From: Candidatus Peribacteria bacterium RIFCSPHIGHO2_01_FULL_55_13
GTDB taxonomy: Bacteria; Patescibacteriota; Gracilibacteria; Peribacterales; Peribacteraceae
Assembly: GCA_001788925.1 (NCBI GenBank)
Contig: MFXS01000036.1
Coordinates: forward strand, 19,223-81,338
DNA: 62,116 bases
Reading direction: 5' to 3'
A program made the translations under genes and the position numbers. The stretch's first letter is position 1. Each line of letters starts with the position of its first letter. The notes under the pieces are model-generated. The model saw only the letters and a program-made list of their open reading frames with translations. It made no database searches and had not been told where the DNA came from. Shown here piece by piece: positions 55,179 through 62,116 of this stretch.

Positions 55179-55631
55179 CTATTTAGCCAGGTGCGCGAAC
55201 GCCTTATTCGCTTGTGCCATCTTCAGTACGTCCTGCTTCTTCTTGAACGCTGCCCCCTGGTCGGCGGAAGCATCAAGCAATTCCATCGCGAGGCGCTGGG
55301 CCATCGGTATACCTTTGCGCGAGCGGGCGGCATCGAGAATCCAGCGGATGGAAAGGGCAGTCTGGCGCTTGGGAGTGACTTCAACTGGCACTTGATAGAC
55401 CGCTCCGGCCACGCGCTTCGGGCGAACTTCGACGAGCGGCGTCACATTCAGAAGAGCCTTGGCAAAGACTTCCAGCGGCGCATCCTTCGTTCGGGTCTTG
55501 ATGACCTCCATCGCATCCCAAAACACGCCACGCGCAATGGACTTCTTTCCCTCACGCATCAGGCAGCAGATGAACTTCTCGATCTGCGGATCGGAACCTT
55601 CGGGGATGTACGCTTTGATCGGCTTGGCCAT
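55179..55631 (-). CDS. rpsG: 30S ribosomal protein uS7
   Basis: VEVRPKRVAGAVYQVPVEV, ANKAFAH. Confidence 0.93.
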   Translation of the reverse strand: MAKPIKAYIPEGSDPQIEKFICCLMREGKKSIARGVFWDAMEVIKTRTKDAPLEVFAKALLNVTPLVEVRPKRVAGAVYQVPVEVTPKRQTALSIRWILDAARSRKGIPMAQRLAMELLDASADQGAAFKKKQDVLKMAQANKAFAHLAK

Positions 55632-55664
55632 GGGAAATTCGGGTGAAGGTTAGGATAGGAGGAA

Positions 55665-56087
55665 TTAAGCGGCTTTCGGCCTCTTGGCGCCGTAGCGGGA
55701 GCGGCCCTGCTTGCGGTCGCGGACGCCTTCGGTGTCGAGGATGCCGCGAACGATGTGGTAACGGACTCCCGGAAGGTCTTTCACACGGCCGCCACGGACA
55801 AGAACAACGGAGTGTTCCTGCAGGTTGTGGCCCTCTCCCATGATGTAGGCCTTTACTTCGTGACCGTTGGTGAGGCGTACGCGGGCGATTTTACGGAGAG
55901 CAGAGTTCGGCTTCTTTGGCGTCATCGTCGTGACTTTAATGCAGACGCCGCGCTTGAAGGGCGCGCCCTTGGGCAGCGGCACCGCGCGCATCTTGAGGGC
56001 GTTCCAGGTGTACTGGAGTGCCGGCGCTTTGCTCTTGCGGCGCTTGGAGCTGCGGCCTTTGCGGATTAACTGGTTAACGGTTGGCAT
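55665..56087 (-). CDS. rpsL: 30S ribosomal protein uS12
   Basis: [50 protein letters not shown]. Confidence 0.95.
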   Translation of the reverse strand: MPTVNQLIRKGRSSKRRKSKAPALQYTWNALKMRAVPLPKGAPFKRGVCIKVTTMTPKKPNSALRKIARVRLTNGHEVKAYIMGEGHNLQEHSVVLVRGGRVKDLPGVRYHIVRGILDTEGVRDRKQGRSRYGAKRPKAA

Positions 56088-56165
56088 GAAGGGGTGATGG
56101 GATCCGGATCGAATTGCCGGAAGAGAGTAAAGAGAAGAGGGGCTAGAGTAAAGAGAAAAGGACCT

Positions 56166-59100
56166 TTAGGCGGCATCCTCTTTGGCGGCTTTGGCGGCCT
56201 CTTCGGAGATAAAGCGTTGGCGATACACCTCGCCCGTGGGAATAAGCCGACCGATGATGACGTTTTCCTTGAGTCCCTGAAGCGCGTCGACGCGGCGGGT
56301 CGTAGCGGCCTCCACAAGCACACGGATGGTTTCCTGGAAGGAAGCTCCGGCGAGCCAGCTGTCGGTGGCGAGCGCGGCGCGGGTGATACCCAGGAGCAGC
56401 GGCTCGTAGGTCGCGCTTCTCTTGGATTTCGTGAAGGCATCATTCTGATGGAGCACTTCGCCGATGTCGGCGGTCTCGCCCGGAAGCAGCGTCGTGTCGC
56501 CGGCATCGATGATGCGGACTTTGCTAAACATCTTGCGGACGATGATCTCGAGATGTTTGTCGTTGATGGTCTGCCCCTGCGAGGAGTAGATGTGCTGGAC
56601 CTCCTGGATGATGTACTTCTGCACGGAGTAGGCACCTTTTTTCTCCAAAAGTTCATGCAGGTTGTAGTGTCCGGCGTTGAGCGCCTGTCCGGCTTCCACC
56701 ATGTCGCCGTTTTTGATGAGCACTGTTTCACGGGACGTAAATTCGTAGTTCCGTTCCTGGATCTGGTCGTGACGGATGCGGACCTCCCCTCCTTCCGTCG
56801 TGGTGACGGCACCGGCGATAAGCGCTTTGACCGTCGACTTGTCCGTCGAGGACTTGGCGATGACCGTGCGTTCGCGGACTTCCTGACCCTTCTTCACAGC
56901 GATTTTGAATCCGGCGGGGATAAGGTAGCGGTCCTCGCCGCGTTCCTGAGCGACCACCTGGATCACCGTGCGTCCGCCTGCATGCGACACTTTTACGCGT
57001 CCGGCGATATCGCTGAGAATGGCTGGCGTGCGTGGGGTGCGGGCTTCAAAGAGTTCTTCGACGCGGTTAAGACCCTGCGTGATGTCGCCTCCTTCAGCGA
57101 CTCCTCCCATGTGGAAGGTTCTCATGGTGAGCTGCGTTCCCGGTTCACCGATACTCTGCGCTGCAATGATGCCCACCGGCGTGCCGATCTCGACCGTCTT
57201 GTTGTCGCCGAGGTCGCGGCCGTAGCACTTCTGGCAGATGCCCCTAAGGGTCTTGCAGGTCATGACGGACCGGAGCGGAATCGATTCCACTTTGTGCTCG
57301 TTGATCCTCTTCATGATCTCGGCGTCAATTTCGTCGTTGCGCTTGGCGATGGTTTTTCCACCGGCTTCCAGATCGGCTGCAAGGCGTCGTCCGAAGATGC
57401 GGATCTCGAACTTCTCGCCGATCTTCTCGCTGTCCTGGCGCGTAATCGAGTGGAAATCCTTGCTGCCGCAGTCGTCTTCGCGGATAACGATGTCCTGGAC
57501 GGCGTCGACGAGACGGCGCGTAAGGTAACCGGCTTCGGCGGTCTTGAGGGCGGTATCGGACTTACCTTTGCGCCCTCCGTGCGTGGCGATGAAGAACTCG
57601 AGCACGGAGAATCCGTCTTTGAGGTTGCTCTGGATCGGAAGCTCGATGGTGCGCCCGGACGGGTTTGCCACGAGTCCTTTCATGCCGGCCAACTGCGTAA
57701 TCTGGCCCCAGTTTCCACGGGCGCCGGAGTCGATGACGTAGGTGATTGGGTTTTCAGGGACCGTGAGGAAGTCAGTGATCATCACCGCTCCCACGTCGTT
57801 TTTGGCCTTGGACCAGGTGCGGATGGCGTGGCTGTACCTTTCATCGGCCGTGATGAGGCCCTTCCAGTAGTAGTTGTTGATGACACGGACTTTTTCGCTG
57901 GCTTCCGCGACGATCTTGTCTCTTTCCTTCGGGATGCGAATATCGGCCTGCGAGATACTGATGCCCGACTTTGTGGCGTAATGGAAGCCGATGTCCTTGA
58001 TGCGGTCAGCAAGCGCGACAGTCTCCTCGCGCCCCACGATGTCGAGAGACCGGGCGATGAGGTCGCTCAGGTTCTTCTTCTTCATCGTCTGGTTCAGGAA
58101 GCCCAGTGCAGCGGGAACGATCTCCTGAAACTTCAGGCGCCCGACGGAGGTCTCGACCATCTCCTTCGTACCGTCCGGGTGCGTGTAGCGGACATTGACC
58201 TTGGCCTGAAGATTTACAAACCCGTGGTCATAGGCGAGCGCCGCCTCGGCGGGGCTGCCGAACACCATCCCCTCGCCCTTGCGTCCGTCGTGGACCTGCG
58301 TGAGGAAGTAGCAGCCGAGCACCATGTCCTGGACAGGGTTGATCACCGGTTCTCCGGCGGAAGGCTTGAGCACGTTGTTGTTGGCGGCCATGAGTTCCCT
58401 GGCTTCCTTCTGAGCTTTATCCGAAAGCGGAACGTGCACGGCCATCTGGTCTCCGTCAAAGTCGGCGTTGAACGCGGCGCACACGAGCGGATGGAGCTGG
58501 ATGGCGAGTCCTTCGATGAGCAGCGGGTTGAACGCCTGGATACCGAGGCGGTGCAGTGTCGGCGCGCGGTTGAGGAGGACGTACTTGTTCTGGATCACTT
58601 CCTCGAGGATGTCCCACACCTCCTTGCCGCCGTCCTGGACGATGCGTTCCGCACCTTTCACGTTGTGCGCATGCTCGTCGCGGATGAGACGTCCGATGAC
58701 AAACGGCTTGAAGAGCTTCATCGCCATTTCTTTTGGAAGGCCGCACTGGTTCAGGCGAAGATGCGGACCGACGACGATGACGGAGCGTCCGGAGTAGTCG
58801 ACGCGCTTTCCAAGGAGGTTCTGGCGGAAGCGTCCCTGCTTTCCTTTCAACATGTCGGAGAGAGAGCGAAGTTTGCGGCGATCTCCTGCGGTAAACAGGG
58901 TCTTCCCCGCACGGGCGGAGTTGTTGAGAAGCGTATCGACCGCCTCCTGCAACATGCGTTTCTCGTTGCGGCAGATGACTTCCGGAGCGCCGATACTCAT
59001 CAGTTTTTTGAGACGGTTATTGCGGTTGATGACGCGACGGTAGAGATCGTTGAGGTCGGATGCGGCGAAGCGGCCACCGTCGAGCTGCACCATCGGGCGC

Positions 59101-60035
59101 AGGTCCGGTGGGATCACGGCTAGGCGGGTGAGGATCGTCCACTCGGGCTTGATACCGGCTTTCTTGAGTGAGGAGACGAGCTTGATACGCTTCATGATCT
59201 TCTTGAGCTTCTGTCCGCTGCTCTTCTCCCGCTCCTTCTCCAGTTCTCCCACGAGCGTGTCGAGGTTGATATTCATGACAATCTCGCGGAGCGACTCTGC
59301 ACCGGTGCCGGCGCGGAAGACGTGTCCGAATTTCATGTTCATTTCACGGAACTTGAGCTCGGAGAGCACCGTACCGATCGCGAGGTTCTTGAGGTCATCG
59401 CCTGCGTCGCGGTGATTGTTCTTCAAAGAATCAAGCTTGTCTGCCGCCTCTTTATCGAGCGCGTCGATCTGGGCGCGCGTGGCACCGCTCTCCTGCAGTC
59501 CTTTCTTGGCTTCCTCATACTCACGCTTCACCTGGTTTTTGCGCTTGTCATAGCCTTCGTTGAGCTCGCTCTCTGCCGCTCCTTTCGCATCCTGCTCCAC
59601 GGCAATCACGATGTACGCGGCGAAGTAGACGATCTGCTCGAGCGTCTTGATCGGGAGATCGAGGAGAAGACCGAGGCGCGAGGGGGAGGACCTGAGGAAC
59701 CAGATGTGGGTAACGGGAACCGCCAGGTTGATGTGGCCCATGCGCTCGCGGCGGACGATGCTACGCGTGACTTCCACTCCACACTTCTCGCAGACGACTC
59801 CGGCGTACCGCACTCCTTTATATTTTCCGCAGAAGCACTGAAAGTTCTTGGTGGGTCCGAAGATGCGCTCACAGAAGAGGCCGTCCGGCTCCGCGCGCTG
59901 CGTGCGGTAGTTCACTGTTTCCGGCTTCGTGATTTCTCCGCGGGACCATCCGAGGATGTCTTCCGGAGAAGCAACGGACAGCGACACGGCGTCAAAGCTG
60001 TCGGTAGCTGCGGACTTGTGAGCGGGAGGCGGCAT
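56166..60035 (-). CDS. rpoC: DNA-directed RNA polymerase subunit beta'
   Basis: [23 protein letters not shown] zinc finger, [12 protein letters not shown] catalytic loop; full-length N-terminus. Confidence 0.97.
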   Translation of the reverse strand: MPPPAHKSAATDSFDAVSLSVASPEDILGWSRGEITKPETVNYRTQRAEPDGLFCERIFGPTKNFQCFCGKYKGVRYAGVVCEKCGVEVTRSIVRRERMGHINLAVPVTHIWFLRSSPSRLGLLLDLPIKTLEQIVYFAAYIVIAVEQDAKGAAESELNEGYDKRKNQVKREYEEAKKGLQESGATRAQIDALDKEAADKLDSLKNNHRDAGDDLKNLAIGTVLSELKFREMNMKFGHVFRAGTGAESLREIVMNINLDTLVGELEKEREKSSGQKLKKIMKRIKLVSSLKKAGIKPEWTILTRLAVIPPDLRPMVQLDGGRFAASDLNDLYRRVINRNNRLKKLMSIGAPEVICRNEKRMLQEAVDTLLNNSARAGKTLFTAGDRRKLRSLSDMLKGKQGRFRQNLLGKRVDYSGRSVIVVGPHLRLNQCGLPKEMAMKLFKPFVIGRLIRDEHAHNVKGAERIVQDGGKEVWDILEEVIQNKYVLLNRAPTLHRLGIQAFNPLLIEGLAIQLHPLVCAAFNADFDGDQMAVHVPLSDKAQKEARELMAANNNVLKPSAGEPVINPVQDMVLGCYFLTQVHDGRKGEGMVFGSPAEAALAYDHGFVNLQAKVNVRYTHPDGTKEMVETSVGRLKFQEIVPAALGFLNQTMKKKNLSDLIARSLDIVGREETVALADRIKDIGFHYATKSGISISQADIRIPKERDKIVAEASEKVRVINNYYWKGLITADERYSHAIRTWSKAKNDVGAVMITDFLTVPENPITYVIDSGARGNWGQITQLAGMKGLVANPSGRTIELPIQSNLKDGFSVLEFFIATHGGRKGKSDTALKTAEAGYLTRRLVDAVQDIVIREDDCGSKDFHSITRQDSEKIGEKFEIRIFGRRLAADLEAGGKTIAKRNDEIDAEIMKRINEHKVESIPLRSVMTCKTLRGICQKCYGRDLGDNKTVEIGTPVGIIAAQSIGEPGTQLTMRTFHMGGVAEGGDITQGLNRVEELFEARTPRTPAILSDIAGRVKVSHAGGRTVIQVVAQERGEDRYLIPAGFKIAVKKGQEVRERTVIAKSSTDKSTVKALIAGAVTTTEGGEVRIRHDQIQERNYEFTSRETVLIKNGDMVEAGQALNAGHYNLHELLEKKGAYSVQKYIIQEVQHIYSSQGQTINDKHLEIIVRKMFSKVRIIDAGDTTLLPGETADIGEVLHQNDAFTKSKRSATYEPLLLGITRAALATDSWLAGASFQETIRVLVEAATTRRVDALQGLKENVIIGRLIPTGEVYRQRFISEEAAKAAKEDAA

Positions 60036-60079
60036 GATCGGAATGTGGGAATAGATAATGGGCTAATAATGTGGCTCCG

Positions 60080-60106
60080 GTAGAGACGCACTCGCAGTGC
60101 GTCTCA
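60080..60106. repeat. REP hairpin copy 4, 45 nt upstream of the rpoC ATG
   Basis: GTAGAGACGCAC-TCGCA-GTGCGTCTCA. Confidence 0.8.
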
Positions 60107-60279
60107 TCCAATGTTCGTGCATAAAATCCACACACGAAACACCGCAGCGTTTCCTGGCCGTTCGTCTAAAACGGGAGAAACACTTCGGTGAAGTGGATCC
60201 ACTATATATATGAAACCGATATGTGCAATAGTAATTCAGAAAATAAAAATACATTTGAAGAAGGTGCATTGATAAAAAG

Positions 60280-60322
60280 GGTCAGGTACCAATGTTCCGA
60301 AGAACATTATTGGCACCTGACC
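60280..60322. ncRNA. Long near-perfect hairpin in an AT-rich non-coding region
   Basis: GGTCAGGTACCAATGTTC-CGAA-GAACATTATTGGCACCTGACC (one mismatch, 3-nt bulge); strand unknown. Confidence 0.4.
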
Positions 60323-60416
60323 TGCGAGGTGATCAGCCTCATTTCCGTTAGGAATCAATTCCTCCTTATGGAAATTGGGGGACACCTCCCCCACCAGCCT
60401 ATTATTGACAACGATA

Positions 60417-60471
60417 CTTAGACCCCTCAGGTCTAAGTAGACAATCCACCACTTAGACCCTCAGGTCCAAG
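60417..60471. repeat. Two direct copies of a 20-21-nt hairpin
   Basis: CTTAGACC-CCTCA-GGTCTAAG (60417-60437) and CTTAGACC-CTCA-GGTCCAAG (60452-60471). Confidence 0.6.
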
Positions 60472-60546
60472 CGATACCAAAATGATAAATAAAAGTCATT
60501 TACTGTAAAGAAAAAAATCAAGGTTCTCGACTATCCGAATGCTCGG

Positions 60547-60819
60547 CTATTCCCCCAGAACCCCCCTCTCCATCAGCTCCTTCCCCTCTTTTATCTTCTC
60601 GGCCCCCTGCGCAATATCGCCTGCGCGCTTCTGCGCGTCGGACCAGAGGGAACGGATGGATGCCGTCACAACGATCCGCGCATCGGCAAATCCCTGAAGA
60701 ATGGAACGAAGATCAATCGTCACGCCGCTGCCGGTCCGAGCCTCACCCGTTGTCGATGCACTGCATCCGGCCAACATTACCGCAAGGAGAACTGCCGAGA
60801 GTCGAAGGCGAGACATCAT
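60547..60819 (-). CDS. Putative small lipoprotein
   Basis: MMSRLRLSAVLLAVMLAGC lipobox when started at ATG 60819. Confidence 0.5.
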   Translation of the reverse strand: MMSRLRLSAVLLAVMLAGCSASTTGEARTGSGVTIDLRSILQGFADARIVVTASIRSLWSDAQKRAGDIAQGAEKIKEGKELMERGVLGE

Positions 60820-60876
60820 GAAACACTCCCAGTATAAACCCAATCGCAAATCGCCAATGAGGAAATCGCCAATCGT

Positions 60877-61239
60877 TTATTTATCCTTCTTCTCCTCCTT
60901 CGCATACTTCGCAAAGAGCTTCTCAAACGACCCTCCTGATTCCTCAAGTGCGCCCTCGAGCATCTCCATTTCTTTTCCGGAAAGCTGCAGTGTGGAGGAT
61001 GCATTCACAATCCCCGACTGCTCTTCTTCCTTCTCTGTCTTCGGCATTCCCTGGATGGAGGCATGCAGCACAATGAAGGCATTGCAGTCTTCGCACTTGA
61101 GCTGCAAAAGTAATGACCCCGCTGCGACGACGCGCACGGCGGAGAAATCCACCGGTACTCTGTTGCCGCACTGTGGACAGCGCATTTGCTGGTAGATCCG
61201 CTGGAGGATTTGCTGCAGGGTGTGCGGGTCGAGCTCCAT
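60877..61239 (-). CDS. Hypothetical zinc-ribbon protein
   Basis: MRCPQCGNRV...KCEDCNAF Cys pairs; ATG 61239 sits 7 nt downstream of a perfect TGCTATAAT. Confidence 0.5.
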   Translation of the reverse strand: MELDPHTLQQILQRIYQQMRCPQCGNRVPVDFSAVRVVAAGSLLLQLKCEDCNAFIVLHASIQGMPKTEKEEEQSGIVNASSTLQLSGKEMEMLEGALEESGGSFEKLFAKYAKEEKKDK

Positions 61240-61246
61240 GAGGATT

Positions 61247-61255
61247 ATTATAGCA
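61247..61255 (-). promoter_or_regulatory. Extended -10 consensus TGCTATAAT, 7 nt before ATG 61239
   Basis: The minus strand reads TGCTATAAT-aatcctc-ATG; implies a leaderless transcript. Confidence 0.45.
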
Positions 61256-61282
61256 TAGCGTGTGTACAAGGAACAGAAAATT

Positions 61283-61375
61283 GAGAGGAAACCGGGGAGA
61301 CCGAGGAGACCAAAGAACAGATTCTAAACTCCAGTGGAATCTGTTCCTTGGTCTCCCTGGTTTCATTGGTCTCCC
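61283..61375. repeat. Heptad-word hairpin family 8, second copy
   Basis: GAGAGGAAACCGGGGAGACCGAGGAGACCAAAGAACAGATTC ... GAATCTGTTCCTTGGTCTCCCTGGTTTCATTGGTCTCCC. Confidence 0.8.
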
Positions 61376-61409
61376 TAGTCTTTATAAAAGGAGTACACTG
61401 TCCTCCGAC

Positions 61410-61931
61410 TTGCCCTTATCTCTTCCTGCCCCCCGGCAACATCTCGGTATCCATGTCGTCATTGCGTCAGCAGTGTTTTTGGGCGTCACGGCGCTGAGCA
61501 ACGGACCGCTGAAGGCCACGATTCTGGAATGGCAGACGGAGGGAAGAGTGGCGATCGCTGCGGAACACAAAGGCTCCGCCTCCCTGGGACTGGATGTAAG
61601 CACATTGCAGGGAACCGCAATCATCGACTGCGTGAATGAAGGAGAAGGGACGATCTACCTCAGCCTTCCGGAATCCTGGAAGCGCCGAGAGGTCCGCAAT
61701 GCGCGGCTGGAAGATGTGACGCTTGTGGAAACCGGGCTCGGCTTTACCCGCTGGACGCTCCCCGTGGGAGCGACGCTCTCGATGACGGTCCCGGAAGCGC
61801 CGCGTCACGTGACGCTCCATCATCCTTCCCCGGGACTTCTGAAGGTGCGTCTCTCCCGGATTGATCTCGAAGATGACGCAGTCACGCGCGATACGATTCT
61901 GGTGCAGGGAAAAGAGGTGGAAATCTGGTGA
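61410..61931 (+). CDS. Hypothetical membrane-anchored protein; start uncertain
   Basis: ORF-track start 61260 lies inside the hairpin. TTG 61410 is in frame, preceded by AAAGGAG, and followed by the TM-like segment HVVIASAVFLGVTAL. Confidence 0.45.
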   Translation: MPLSLPAPRQHLGIHVVIASAVFLGVTALSNGPLKATILEWQTEGRVAIAAEHKGSASLGLDVSTLQGTAIIDCVNEGEGTIYLSLPESWKRREVRNARLEDVTLVETGLGFTRWTLPVGATLSMTVPEAPRHVTLHHPSPGLLKVRLSRIDLEDDAVTRDTILVQGKEVEIW

Positions 61932-61946
61932 ATTTTGATGACAACC

Positions 61947-61975
61947 GTAAAGACGCACTGACAGTGCGTCTCTAC
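61947..61975. repeat. REP hairpin copy 5
   Basis: GTAAAGACGCAC-TGACA-GTGCGTCTCTAC. Confidence 0.8.
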
Positions 61976-61984
61976 AATGATCGT

Positions 61985-62116
61985 ATGGAATTGATTCCAA
62001 TCTCTACCACGCTTCTTCGTCCAGGGGATGACCTCGCTTCGATATTGATCCGTGCAGGTCTGATCCAAGAAGGCGACATCATCGCGATTTCCTCGAAAGC
62101 CGTGGCATCGGTAGAA
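61985..62116 (+). CDS. CofE-like (F420-0:gamma-glutamyl ligase family) protein, N-terminal 44 aa only
   Basis: MELIPISTTLLRPGDDLASILIRAGLIQEGDIIAISSKAVASVE matches the family N-terminal pattern (PGDDL ... GDIxxISSKxVS); truncated by window end. Confidence 0.5.
   Translation, partial: MELIPISTTLLRPGDDLASILIRAGLIQEGDIIAISSKAVASVE

Noticed and set aside
56094-59123. Very long ORFs antisense to conserved genes. Examples are the 1009-aa ORF opposite rpoC, 53709-55646 opposite fusA, 39062-40954 and 5177-7429 opposite the ATPases, 47448-49880 opposite nrdJ, 11396-12607, 13182-14411 and 14772-16316.
   Set aside because: Each lies opposite a gene with strong family motifs. Their products are Arg/Gly/Asp/His-rich with no motifs. 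This is the typical stop-codon-poor antisense frame of high-GC coding DNA.
60280-60322. SRP (4.5S) RNA, suggested by the strings GGTCAGGT and CCGAAG.
   Set aside because: The helix is an almost perfect 18-21-bp duplex with a CGAA loop. It lacks the symmetric and asymmetric internal loops (AGCA / GGAA context) of SRP domain IV.
1-62116. Alternative genetic code (UGA recoding, as in some candidate phyla).
   Set aside because: Conserved genes end at TGA at the expected protein length (for example the FGase at 16957-16959 and ATPase paralog 2 at 41510-41512). No conserved gene is interrupted by in-frame TGA.

Overview
This is a 62.1-kb bacterial chromosomal window read with the standard genetic code; TGA, TAG and TAA all terminate conserved genes. 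GC is about 60% by eye outside one island. The gene content suggests a reduced-genome Patescibacteria/CPR-like organism, but that is inference only. The supporting genes are a short tsf, receiver-only regulators, a 23S-IVS-type four-helix-bundle gene, T4SS-type pilin repeats, an SLH-sortase fusion, many wall hydrolases and an orphan ribD.

Core genes are der (5' partial), mltG, ybaB, an M24 aminopeptidase, hisS, gyrB, rpsU, an S41 peptidase, glyQS, rpsB-tsf, ychF and ribD. There is also nrdJ with two NrdR boxes, and an rpoC-rpsL-rpsG-fusA block with no rpoB upstream.

Unusual content:
1. An AT-rich island of about 7 kb (about 17.8-25.1 kb, roughly 40-45% GC in sampled lines). It carries tRNA-His, a ParB/Srx-fold DGQ(Q/H)R-type protein, two pairs of paralogous proteins of unknown function, and a pair of degenerate tRNA-like RNAs, both with G3.U70. 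No integrase, replicase or capsid gene is recognisable. This is my best candidate for an undescribed system.
2. Almost every intergenic spacer carries a long hairpin whose arms are degenerate tandem 7-nt words. Several word families recur at distant loci and also occur in-frame inside CDSs (ribD, a Pro-rich surface protein). A four-helix-bundle gene sits in the loop of one such hairpin.
3. A RAYT-type HUH transposase gene lies next to five copies of a GTAGAGACGCAC-N5-GTGCGTCTCTAC REP hairpin, one of them inside its own CDS.
4. A T4SS-like surface module contains two paralogous TraD/VirD4-like ATPases, a three-fold fused VirB2/TrbC-like pilin, a PKD/Pro-rich protein and RlpA/3D wall hydrolases.

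The many long antisense ORFs in the track were treated as high-GC artefacts.
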